A stretch of 63,985 bases of DNA, the filler included, from Psammoneis japonica (Eukaryota): assembly GCA_008632985.1 (NCBI GenBank). It is 3 parts of 3 records of this genome, joined end to end, with 100 filler letters (N's around TTAATTAATTAA, not from the genome) between each part and the next. Parts side by side here need not be neighbours in the genome. Positions count along the whole stretch, not along the records: positions 1 to 27,620 come from QPGO01000410.1; 2 more parts are not named here. One strand, written 5' to 3'. Both the position numbers and the translations under genes were made by a program. This document shows positions 12,822 to 23,342 of the stretch, piece after piece (position 1 is the stretch's first letter; the number at the start of each line of letters is the position of its first letter). Under the pieces are notes generated by a model. The model had not been told where the DNA came from, ran no database searches, and saw only the letters and a program-made list of their open reading frames with translations.

Positions 12822-14429
12822 TTAAACACTTTTCTCTCGTGAATGATCGGTAGCCTCGGTGCTATCAGAGACTGAAGAGTCCGTATGACTCTCTCCACCC
12901 AAAGAGCTATCATCACTACTACACGTCTCCCCGTCACAGTCACCATGATCAACACTTCTCTGATGCTGTTTCACCATGTGTTCGACTTCGATCAAGTTGA
13001 GCCCCAGTGTCTCCTTGCGCACGCACAATCCATCTTGAGCAACCAGCGCTGTGTCAAGGTCGTTTGCAGCTCTCGCAAGTCTCTCATCGGTGACGTCTCG
13101 TTGAGTCCATGCCAGATACGGGTCAATATAGAGACGATTCCCAAGATAGTGACATTCACTTTTGTCCAGAATAGCTCGGATATGTAGCAGGCTCCGTACT
13201 ACACAGCGGCGTCCGTTGGTAACAATACGAACCACCTGATACCAGCAGTGAATGGCGAGTTCGAAGTTTCGCAAGTATGGATAGATGAGTGCTCGCCTCA
13301 CGGAATCAGATACAATGGTTTGAACCTTGTCAATTCTGGTAGAGCCATAATCTTCCAACCAACTAAGACTCGAGCTCAATGTGCAAATTGTCCATGAAGA
13401 TTCGATAGTCGGATCTCCATCTGTTGTCAAGTGGTCGTACACGTAGGCAAACAAGATATCGAACAAACCCATAAACAGGTACTTCTCCTGTTCGGCAGTG
13501 ATGTCCCCCGGTAAGAGTGGATATGGAATAGATGCCAACTGAAGGGTTTCATCAGGAGTGAAGTATGTTGAGGTCGTTTTGGTTTCGGACCTGCTCCGGT
13601 CGTTCGTCGTGAGTTCCGACATGCTCAAGGCTAGCGACTCTAGATTGGTGCCCTGATGGTCCTTGTGTCTTTGCTCTTCCTGTCGCTTCTGGTGTTCAAC
13701 ATTCCAGTGTGGCTGCATAGCCATGGCACACTGATATATGTAATCATCTGCCAGATCAAGATCGCCCAGGTACCGGTCGGCGTCAAATTTTTCCTGTTCG
13801 GTTTGTAGTCGCAGAGTTCTACGGTCAGCTGCGTCGGTCTCATCTGGGCACTTCAATTCGAGCATTTCAGCCGCCAGACCTTCTCGAGCCAAGTCAACAA
13901 ACACACCAACATGCTGGTTGAGGAAACCGTAATGAGGTTTAAGAACATCTGTGAGGCTCGGCAAACTTTCTGTCGTTGACGTTGCTTCGTTTCGTTGCAA
14001 TTCCGACATTGCTTCATTTTTGTTCTCACCGTCGTCTGCCGCTAAAGACGACGATGACAAGACCGAGATGATTTTTGTAGTTCGTCCACCATTTGCTGCC
14101 ACTCCTCGTTTTGGCTGCCTAGGTGTCATGAGATTTGCCATCATATCAAGGTCCGGCCAGTGAGCCGCTTCTGCCTTCTTTAGTCGCAGAGAGATTGTCC
14201 CTCCGTTGCGGGAAGGATCGTACGTGGCACATTCGGCCTCGTCTTGTTGAACCAACGCAGCCGGAAAGGACAAAACCAAGAGATAGGGCGGACTGGAGAA
14301 ATGCAGCACCGAATCATCCACCACAACTACTTCCACAGACTTTACGGAGACACGAACGTGTGGTACGCTAATGTCCACAACAACCTCTGATAGGGACTGA
14401 GAGAGAGCAAAACGGGGAGTCACGGGCAT
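12822..14429 (-). CDS. SHQ1: H/ACA snoRNP assembly factor SHQ1
   Basis: 535-aa ORF with N-terminal CS domain (TPRFALSQ...ISVPHVRV...FSSPPYLLVLSFP), the YGF motif, EKFDADRYLGD, and the SHQ1 domain (DILFAYVYD...ESSWTICTLS...RRALIYPYLRNF). Normal TpA content. Confidence 0.92.
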   Translation of the reverse strand: MPVTPRFALSQSLSEVVVDISVPHVRVSVKSVEVVVVDDSVLHFSSPPYLLVLSFPAALVQQDEAECATYDPSRNGGTISLRLKKAEAAHWPDLDMMANLMTPRQPKRGVAANGGRTTKIISVLSSSSLAADDGENKNEAMSELQRNEATSTTESLPSLTDVLKPHYGFLNQHVGVFVDLAREGLAAEMLELKCPDETDAADRRTLRLQTEQEKFDADRYLGDLDLADDYIYQCAMAMQPHWNVEHQKRQEEQRHKDHQGTNLESLALSMSELTTNDRSRSETKTTSTYFTPDETLQLASIPYPLLPGDITAEQEKYLFMGLFDILFAYVYDHLTTDGDPTIESSWTICTLSSSLSWLEDYGSTRIDKVQTIVSDSVRRALIYPYLRNFELAIHCWYQVVRIVTNGRRCVVRSLLHIRAILDKSECHYLGNRLYIDPYLAWTQRDVTDERLARAANDLDTALVAQDGLCVRKETLGLNLIEVEHMVKQHQRSVDHGDCDGETCSSDDSSLGGESHTDSSVSDSTEATDHSREKSV

Positions 14430-15280
14430 TCTTCCTCTATGATCCTACTTTCGATCGAGAGGATTGAGGGATCAAGAGAGCGAATGAGAAATCCCAGTCC
14501 TTTTGAGAAGGAAAATCGGGGCTTGTTGTTGCTTGTTGCTCGCTTACTGTACTTGGTTGGGGAAACTTATTGTTGCCACAAAATTGAAAATTGAAAATGG
14601 GTGGAGAGACCGCGCACGATACGCGACAGGGAAGGAATTTTGGTGTGGGTGTGCGCGCGAGGTGCGCCATCGTGCGTCGGCGGTGCTGCGCACTGTGCGA
14701 TCGGAGCTCCACCATCACCCCACTTTCATCATCCATCATTGATCATGATGTTGAGACTTCGATTCTGTGATTCTGTCTGATCGATGTCCGCACTGATGAG
14801 TTGCGAGATTTCGGCCATTTGTTTTGACACTGCCAATTGATGAATGATGAGCTCAAACTTTGTGGCGGCAGTGCTTTCTTTTGAAGGAGATTGTGTGGAT
14901 GAGTTCTTGCACTCAAAGCAAAACATGGGGCTGTGCAAAGTGCACGGCTTTTGCCAGCTTTCAAGCATTTGGTTATCACTGAAAAGAGCCATGTGCAAGG
15001 GCACCATTTTCAAAATGTTGTGTGGCCATCTTGAAAAAGAGTCGCTCTTTGCTTCTGACAATGAGCGTGGCACCCCAGTGGACCCAAGGACCTTGTGGCA
15101 AAAAAGATTTGGGGCATGTTTTGCAGCCTGCATGTTTCACAAAGAACACTGCCAAACTGAGCTTGTGCCAATGAGAGTTGGGCTCAAGCAGTCAACTTTG
15201 AAACAGCGGAACTCTGGCAGCAGATCATGAGCGCCACCTTGAAACCCCAACCCAGTGCAAGCATGTCCCTGGGGGGGGGG

Positions 15281-15661
15281 TGCAGTGTGCATTGTTGTGT
15301 GCGTTGCACACATGCACAGCTGCATATAAAATGAATTTATGTTCCAATCGTACGTCAATCGTGGGTTCGTACGAGGACAGATCAATCACACAGAGTTGAT
15401 CGGATGTCGAGAATCGCGAATGCGACTGTGCGATGATGTTGACATCTCATGTGTCAATGTCAATCGTATCCGGACAATCTGTTGTCACGATTGCATTCTC
15501 CGAAAGGCCTTTTGTCTGTGGGAGCAGTGCAAAAGGTTTGGGCTGTTGAGAACCCGTTCAGAAAAACCCAAAATGATCATGCAGAAATGATTCTCACAAT
15601 TTTCACTTTTTGAACTTTGCTCTACTTTCATTGTTTGCACTCGTTCTTCAAGCATGGTGCA
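15281..15661 (+). repeat. Ty3/Gypsy 5' LTR (copy 1)
   Basis: TG...CA termini; homologous to 21707-22087 and 24917-25293. Confidence 0.85.
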
Positions 15662-15697
15662 TTGTGTGTGCACACCACAGAAGGCAACTAGTTCAAG

Positions 15698-16786
15698 ATG
15701 AAGCTTTCACCTCAGGTGGCCAAGGCCAAGACTTCGTTGAGGCAGGAAAGAATTGTTCCTCAACCGTTGGAATCGAATTCCGAGCCGAAGAGCCTCAAAC
15801 CGAGCCAGCATCTCAAGATGGAGCAGTGTTTTCATCCCGAGAAGAAGGACAGTCGGACCCACACGATCAACGTCGAGTGCTGCAAGAAACAGGGTGTTCC
15901 CAAGTGCATCGAATTTTTAAAGAGCTGTGATCAACTTCCAGTGGGCCAGAACATCAGCAAGCAAGCCGACAAGTTCCGTCTCATGCGCACGTTGCCACAA
16001 GGAGACGCTCTACGTGCTTTCGAGAATGCAGCGGCAAACATTGAAGACGAATCTATGGAAGGAAGCTTCAAGAAATGCCTGCAGCACCTCACGAAACACG
16101 TGTTTCCTAAGAATGCACTTTCGGTTCAGAAACGTCATCTGCGTCGCGATCTCAAGAAGCCCGAGTCAATGAAAGTGTGCGAGATTGCTGCTTGGGTCCA
16201 GGAAGTCAACGAAGACCTCAAGTTCTATCCTCCCTTTGGAAAGGATCAGAAGATCAAGGAGGACAAGCTCAAGAACATCCTCTTCAATCTTGCACCTCGA
16301 AAGTGGCAGCGCCAGTCAACCGTCCAGGGTTTCGAAATTTTGAAACATGCCTGCGACGAGTTGGTTGAGTTTTTGGAGCACCTGGAGGTCGCTGAGGATG
16401 TGTTCGACGGCATTCATGCCAAGGCTGATCCCAGCGGCAGTGCTGGATCGAAAGCCAAGAGTGGTTCCCAACGTGGTTCCAAAAATGGTCACCAACATGG
16501 TGCCAAGAAATCTCAGTCCGACAAGTGGTGCATTCCATGCGAAAAATCCACTCACAACACGGACAAGTGCTGGTCGATTAAAAGACTTGCAAAAGAACGC
16601 CATGGGAACTATGAACCCGACCCAAAATGGCGCCGTTCAAATGGCAATCGCACATGGTCTCGTCGTGACAACAACAACGCCACTCGCAAAGAAGAGTTGA
16701 ATGCCATGGCAGTCCAAGCAGTTCAAAAAATTGCTCAAAGCGAGTTCTTCGAACAACGACAACAAGCGCAAGAGCAAAGATTGTGA
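15698..16786 (+). pseudogene. Gypsy gag (copy 1), TpA-mutated
   Basis: Downstream of the LTR; zinc knuckle CIPCEKSTHNTDKC (CX2CX4HX4C); Tyr nearly absent with apparent Cys/His replacement. Confidence 0.8.
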
Positions 16787-17025
16787 CTCTGATGCCCTTG
16801 ATGAGGAGAATTGTCAGTTTGAAAAAATGATGTGCAGCAATTCTGAGGAATGACTTGCACCGCAAGAGGAGTCTTGCGCACTGCTGGACATCAGGAAGCC
16901 CGGAAAAAGGGCCAAGATGACTCACGCTAGTCCAGTTGTCGCAGCTTGTGTGAGCACCTCTGTTTTCAGGGTTGTCCAATGTGCTGACAGCCTTTGGCGT
17001 AACAGCAATCTGTTGAGAGTTGCCT

Positions 17026-17078
17026 GACATACAAAGCTCGATGATGTGAGCTTTCGCTTTCGCTTCATCAGTGTTGTC
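17026..17078 (-). ncRNA. Minimal type I hammerhead ribozyme (3' pLTR)
   Basis: Minus strand reads GACAACA-CUGAUGA-A-GC-GAAA-GC-GAAA-GCUC-acaucauc-GAGC-UU-UGUAUGUC. The catalytic core and stems I, II and III can all be drawn. Confidence 0.8.
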
Positions 17079-17484
17079 GGCTGTTTTTCGAGCTAAAAAA
17101 TTCGAAATCGGCATTTTTCTACGGCTGTCGTCGCAGCTGACGTTACAGGCGTTGAAAAAGCCGCATCAGAAAGATCCACCCGTGCGCGGTGCGCATGGTG
17201 AGTTAATCGTGTGGATCACAGATCTCGAATGCGCGCGAAGCGCGCATGAGAATGAGTGAGGCATCATCAACTCAAAAAACTCCAACGGTGTTGGAGAAAG
17301 AGCGAGTTGATGTTGCTGCTGTCAGATGTAGAAGCATGCTCTACTGCAGCAAGTGCGCAAGTGAACAAACTCAAAATGTAAAACAAAAAAACTCAAAACG
17401 GGCATAAGCCGTAGCGCCGTGGCACGGTGGGCAGCCCGTTTGAGTTTTTTACCGGAGGTGACTCGTCGCGACGGAGTCGCCTAA

Positions 17485-19410
17485 TCAGAGCTCCGGTGTG
17501 TCAGAGAGTTTTTTAATGACATCTGAAGCATGCTGCCCATTGGGTTCCTTTGGTGGTGTTCGTGTGAGGGCGTCTCTTAGATTTTTGGGTCTTGAGCACG
17601 CCACTGCTAACCGGTTGAACCCGCTGTGCCCTTCGCAGGTTTTTTCACACGCTCTTCTTATTTCAGTGCGAGCTGTCCCGCGTGGGTGACACTCTTGGTG
17701 AAAGAAAAGAGTGTTGGATGGGTCAGCGACATTGGAGCGTGGGGCCTTTTTCCGGTGGACAGTGGCGGCTGCATCCACAAAGAGGTTCTTGAGGCACTCT
17801 CTGTTGTGGCCTCGCGCTGTCAGCCGGTTGAAGAGCTGGGCCACTGTTTTTTGGCAATCCTTGTTGTTTGGATTTTGTGCCCGATGCGTCCGAAGGTTTC
17901 CATGCACAACACTTCTCAGTGCTCCAGGTGGATGTGCTGAGCTTGGGGGCATGCAGAGGTGCAGGTTCATGGCCTTCTGGTACGTTCTTGTTTCAACACA
18001 CCGGTTTGCTCCAATCTTGACATCGAGATCCAGAAATGCAACTTGGTCACTGAGCTCGGAGGTTTCCCATTCCAAGGTGCCGAAGTCATTCAGTTCATGT
18101 TTGAACTTCTCCCATGTTTCACCTTCACCGCCTGTCCACACGCCGAGCATGTCATCTGTGAATCGTCCACAACAGGGCAGGTTCAAGTTGAATCGGGTTA
18201 GCACACTTTGGCGTTCGTGGAGAGCCTTGTACATGGTGGCGTACATGCAGGCTGTGCTGGTTCCCATGGCTGTACCATCGATTTGGAGCCAGCAGGTGTC
18301 GTCAAACTGGATGACATTTCTTGTCATGACGATTTCCAGTGTGGTGAGGAAGAAGTCAACTGGGAAGTTTTTTGGCATCTCATCGGGGTGCTCAAGGAAC
18401 CACCGGTGGAATGTTTCCAGAGCATGGTTGGTGTTGACATTGGCATGCATTCCTGCTGCATCGACTGTGAATGGCTTAGCATCTGGTGGCAGCTTTCCAA
18501 GTGATCGTAAGTCGGCGAGGACTTGGTGAGAGTCTCGGATGTACGTTCGCGATGGGGGTGGAAGTTCTTTCATTTTGAAATCTGACCATTTTGAAAACAC
18601 TTCATTTTCACTGTTGATGCAGCTCACTGTTGGTCGTGTCGTCCACGGTTTTTTGTGGACTTTCGGAGTGATGCAGAACTGTGGCATGCGGTGTTTCTTT
18701 TTGAAACTTCTTTCGAAGTAAGTTTTTTCCGCTTCAGAGAGGCTNNNNNNNNNNNNNNNNNNNNNNNNNNNNNNNNNNNNNNNNNNNNNNNNNNNNNNNN
18801 NNNNNNNNNNNNNNNNNNNNNNNNNNNNNNNNNNNNNNNNNNNNNNNNNNNNNNNNNNNNNNNNNNNNNNNNNNNNNNCTTCGCGCTCCATGATGGCTGG
18901 ACCAAGATTCTTGTCCGTAAGGCACACGACGAATCGTCTGTCATTTTGCAATGTTCGCAGCGTTCGACACTGCTGAGGCGTCAAATTAAAGCGGGGTCGT
19001 TGGCGGTTGGCTGTTCGACTGGCTCTGTCTGTCTTGTTTGCGAAGTCCATCATTCGAAGTTCTATTGTCCCGTCTTCAATCGGTGGAGGGTCGAAATCAG
19101 AGGGGACGTGTGGGTGTGGGTTGCACCCGTCTTCGTCGTTTACGAGTTCGGAGTTCTCGATAAAGTTCCGTAGACGTATGGTTCGTCGGAAGCGTTGTAC
19201 GCCTCGGCGGTTGTGTGGGAACGGGGTGCTTGATTCTATACAAAACTTGTGTCCAAGTCCTAACAGTAATCCAGTACCCGGGGGTGGTTGCAGCTTTGTA
19301 CAGAGGTCATGGTAAGACATGTTGTCCAGGCGGTTGAAGCATGCCGTAGCTTTCATCTTGCCGATAGCCGTTGCTACGTTTTCCCACAGGGGGGCATCAG
19401 GATTTGGCAT
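17485..19410 (-). pseudogene. Penelope-type reverse transcriptase (TpA-mutated; N gap 18745-18878)
   Basis: TDKNLG, PKVHKKPW...RP, QIDGTAMG, RFTDD, FLDL, TYQKAMNLHL..PSSAHP (PLE thumb). The frame stays open upstream of the ATG and overlaps the end of ORF1 in the -1 frame. Confidence 0.88.
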
Positions 19411-19499
19411 GAATCCATGGATTCTGACGCAGTAGCGGTCCGATTGTTTCTCGGCAATTTTGATGGGGAGCTCGGTGCGTTGGTAGAGGAGTTTCGCCT

Positions 19500-20981
19500 C
19501 TAGTTTCGCCTGTTGCTTCTCTTGCCTCTTTGCTCGCCTCTGTGCTGTCCTCCGTGATTCCCTTTTCTTTTTCCGTGGCGGTTCTTGGCTTCGTTCTTTT
19601 GTCTCTTGGCGGATGGTTTCCCATTCGTCTTCGAGGCTTGGGGTTGGCGTTTCCGCTTTCCTTTTCCTTTTTGCGTTTCGTTGTCTTTTGCTACGTCGTT
19701 CTTTCGTGCCGGTGGGGCTTCCCGACCGCCCTTGTCGTTTTTTTGCCGACGGTTTGCCTTCTTGTGGAGCTTTTTGAGGCTTGCGACTTTTTTGTCAATC
19801 TTTTTGTTGATCAACTCGTCGAGGGCGGGGGATTGAACTGTCGGTTCGTTTTCAAGAGCTGTTGCGACGAGGTCAGCTGCTTGTTCCTTCTTGCGGCGTT
19901 TCCACTTTGCCTCTAGCTTGGCGTTGACCGATTTCAATCGTTCTTCTTTGTCCAGGGCGTGTTGCAATTGCATGGTGACTTGTTCATAGAACTGTTTCAT
20001 TTCCTTGAACACTTCTTCTTTCACAACTTTCTCACCTGTTGAAAGTTCGTGGTTCACGCACTCACTTTCGAGCAGGGGGTTCAAGTTTGCTGCCAGTGCG
20101 GCCTGAGTGCGCGTGGCATCCTCTTGTGTGTGCACGTCTTCGGTGCTCTCTTGAGTTGAGGGAGGGGTGCTGTCTTGGGTGCTCTCTTGAGTTGAGGGAG
20201 GGGTGCTGTCTTCGGGACTGAAGGGTCCTTCATGTCGAAGCTGGCGTTCAACTTCCTTGATGATTTCTTTGGGAGAAGTCTCAAGGCAGTCTCTCAGGAA
20301 GCTCGATGGCAGCACGTCACACAAGTGGGGCATGAGTGGCACTCCACTGAGTTGACGCGTTGTTAGGTCTGTAGAGCCTTTGAACTCTTTTACATGGTCA
20401 ATGTAGAATTGGAAGAGAACAAGGCTAGCTTCGACCAATTCTCGTATTCGGTTTGTTTTCACAACCTCAAGTTCACGTGAGGCCATCTTGTGTGCGAGTT
20501 TGGCTGCATCCTTTTCGAAGCATGCAACCAGGTCTTTCATCTCCTGGACGAGCTCTTGGGCAGCAGCATCATCGTTGAGCCGGTCCGCATGTGTGAGGTT
20601 CACATTGAGCCTGCAACATTTGGGGATGTGTGGATTGTCATCAGTGCCGGGGAAAGCCGATAGACTTGGCTTTCTGCTCTTTACAAGCCCGCACTGAGTG
20701 ATCACACGAGTGGCTAGTGACTCGACAATGTCCTTGAATCCTGTTAGCTGCGTCTCAATCGCTTCGCGACAAGGGGCTGGTTTGTCCAACTTACGTTGGT
20801 TAGCTGCCAAGATCTGTGGCGCCGAAGGCGCCGTTGACGGCGCCGCAGGCGCCGTCATTGTCACTGCTGCTGCGGTGGCGAATCGCACGGTGCGTGCGGC
20901 TGCGTTGTTTCGTCTGTTGCGAGCAGGTGGGGTTGTCGGAGTGGACGCGCTGGCTGCAGTCATTGTTGGAAGTCTGTGCAC
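19500..20981 (-). CDS. PLE ORF1, coiled-coil with highly basic C-terminus
   Basis: 493-aa ORF directly upstream of the RT and downstream of the pLTR; K/R-rich tail; internal 36-bp duplication (DSTPPSTQEST x2). Confidence 0.65.
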   Translation of the reverse strand: MHRLPTMTAASASTPTTPPARNRRNNAAARTVRFATAAAVTMTAPAAPSTAPSAPQILAANQRKLDKPAPCREAIETQLTGFKDIVESLATRVITQCGLVKSRKPSLSAFPGTDDNPHIPKCCRLNVNLTHADRLNDDAAAQELVQEMKDLVACFEKDAAKLAHKMASRELEVVKTNRIRELVEASLVLFQFYIDHVKEFKGSTDLTTRQLSGVPLMPHLCDVLPSSFLRDCLETSPKEIIKEVERQLRHEGPFSPEDSTPPSTQESTQDSTPPSTQESTEDVHTQEDATRTQAALAANLNPLLESECVNHELSTGEKVVKEEVFKEMKQFYEQVTMQLQHALDKEERLKSVNAKLEAKWKRRKKEQAADLVATALENEPTVQSPALDELINKKIDKKVASLKKLHKKANRRQKNDKGGREAPPARKNDVAKDNETQKGKGKRKRQPQASKTNGKPSAKRQKNEAKNRHGKRKGNHGGQHRGEQRGKRSNRRN

Positions 20982-21048
20982 ACTGTTTTCGGGGTTGTCT
21001 GATGTGCTGACAGCCTTTGGCGCAACAGCAATCTATTGAGAGTTGCCT

Positions 21049-21101
21049 GACATACAAAGCTCAATGATGTGAGCTTTCGCTTTCGCTTCATCAGTGTTGT
21101 C
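21049..21101 (-). ncRNA. Minimal type I hammerhead ribozyme (5' pLTR)
   Basis: Same as 17026-17078 with one change in loop III; lies just upstream of ORF1. Confidence 0.8.
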
Positions 21102-22123
21102 GGCTGTTTTTCGAGCTAAAAAATTCGAAATCGGCATTTTTCTACGGCTGTCGTCGCAGCTGACGTTACAGGCATTGAAAAAGCCGCATCAGAAAGATCC
21201 ACCCGTGCGCGGTGCGCATGGTGAGTTAATCGTGTGGATCACAGATCTCGAATGCGCGCGAAGCGCGCATGAGAATGAGTGAGGCATCATCAACTCAAAA
21301 AACTCCAACGGTGTTGGAGAAAGAGCGAGTTGATGTTGCTGCTGTCAGACATAGAAGCATGCTCTACTGCAGCAAGTGCGCAAGTGAACAAACTCAAAAT
21401 GTGAAACAAAAAAACTCAAAACGGGCATAAGCCGTAAATGTTGTGTGGCCATCTTGAAAAAGAGTCGCTCTTTGCTTCTGACAATGAGCGTGGCACCCCA
21501 GTGGACCCAAGGACCTTGTGGCAAAAAAGATTTGGGGCATGTTTTGCAGCCTGCACATTTCACAAAGAACACTGCCAAACTGAGCTTGTGCCAATGAGAG
21601 TTGGGCTCAAGCAGTCAACTTTGAAACAGCGGAACTCTGGCAGCAGATCATGAGCGCCACTTGAACCCCAACCCAGTGCAAGCATGTCCTGGGGGGGGGG
21701 GGGGGGTGCAGTGTGCGTTGTTGTGTGCGTTGCACACATGCACAGCTGCATGTAAAATGAATTTGTGCTCCAATCGTACGTCAATCGTGGGTTCGTACGA
21801 GGACAGATCAATCACACAGAGTTGATCGGATGTCGAGAATCGCGAATGCGACTGTGCGATGATGTTGACATCTCATGTGTCAATGTCAATCGCATCCGGA
21901 CAATCTGTTGTCACGATTGCATTCTCCGAAAGGCCTTTTGTCTGTGGGAGCAGTGCAAAAGGTTTGGGCTGTTGAGAACCCGTTCAGAAAAACCCAAAAT
22001 GATCATGCAGAAATGATTCTCACAATTTTCACTTTTTGAACTTTGCTCTACTTTCATTGTTTGCACTCGTTCTTCAAGCATGGTGCATTGTGTGTGCACA
22101 CCACAGAAGGCAACTAGTTCAAG

Positions 22124-23212
22124 ATGAAGCTTTCACCTCAGGTGGCCAAGGCCAAGACTTCGTTGAGGCAGGAAAGAATTGTTCCTCAACCGTTGGAATC
22201 GAATTCCGAGCCAAAGAGCCTCAAACCGAGCCAGCATCTCAAGATGGAGCAGTGTTTTCATCCCGAGAAGAAGGACAGTCGGACCCACACGATCAACGTC
22301 GAGTGCTGCAAGAAACAGGGTGTTCCCAAGTGCATCGAATTTTTAAAGAGCTGTGATCAACTTCCAGTGGGCCAGAACATCAGCAAGCAAGCCGACAAGT
22401 TCCGTCTCATGCGCACGTTGCCACAAGGAGACGCTCTACGTGCTTTCGAGAATGCAGCGGCAAACATTGAAGACGAATCTATGGAAGGAAGCTTCAAGAA
22501 ATGCCTGCAGCACCTCACGAAACACGTGTTTCCTAAGAACGCACTTTCGGTTCAGAAACGTCATCTGCGTCACGATCTCAAGAAGCCCGAGTCAATGAAA
22601 GTGCGCGAGATTGCTGCTTGGGTCCAGGAAGTCAACGAAGACCTCAAGTTCTATCCTCCCTTTGGAAAGGATCAGAAGATCAAGGAGGACAAGCTCAAGA
22701 ACATCCTCTTCAATCTTGCACCTCGAAAGTGGCAGCACCAGTCGACCGTCCAGGGTTTCGAAATTCTGAAACATGCCTGCGACGAGTTGGCTGAGTTTTT
22801 GGAGCACCTGGAGGTCGCTGAGGATGTGTTCGACGGCATTCATGCCAAGGCTGATCCCAGCGGCAGTGCTGGATCGAAAGCCAAGAGTGGTTCCCAACGT
22901 GGTTCCAAAAATGGTCACCAACATGGTGCCGAGAAATCTCAGTCCGACAAGTGGTGCATTCCATGCGAAAAATCCACTCACAACACAGACAAGTGCTGGT
23001 CGATTAAAAGACTTGCAAAAGAACGCTGTGGGAACTGTGAACCCGACCCAAAATGGCGCCGTTCAAATGGCAATCGCACATGGTCTCATCGTGACAATGA
23101 CAACGCCACTCGCAAAGAAGAGTTGAATGCCATGGCAGTCCAAGCAGTTCAAAAAATTGCTCAAAGCGAGTTCTTCGAACAACGACAACAAGCGCAAGAG
23201 CAAAGATTGTGA
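22124..23212 (+). pseudogene. Gypsy gag (copy 2)
   Basis: CCHC knuckle; duplicate of 15698-16786. Confidence 0.8.
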
Positions 23213-23342
23213 CTCTGATGCCCTTGACGAGGAGAATTGTCAGTTTGAAAAAATGATGCGCAGCAATTCTGAGGAATGACTTGCACCGCAAGAGGAGTCT
23301 TGCGCACTGCTGGACATCAGGAAGCCCGGAAAAAGGGCCAAG

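Larger units (their letters stand above)
15014..16960 (+). repeat. ~1.95-kb direct duplication, copy A (flank + LTR + gag); copy A' is 21437-23386
   Basis: Near-identical from aatgttgtgtggccatc to gtgagcacctc in both places; the two gag ORFs are both 362 aa with few differences. Confidence 0.93.
16961..21436 (-). mobile_element. Endonuclease-deficient Penelope-like retroelement with two ~453-bp direct pseudo-LTRs (16961-17413, 20984-21436), ORF1 and RT
   Basis: Direct terminal repeats each contain a hammerhead motif; a basic ORF1 is followed by a PLE-type RT ORF with no GIY-YIG domain. Confidence 0.85.

Noticed and set aside
15271..15280. Target-site duplication for the Gypsy element
   Set aside because: The left flank is poly-G and the right flank is gggat; no convincing 4-5-bp match.
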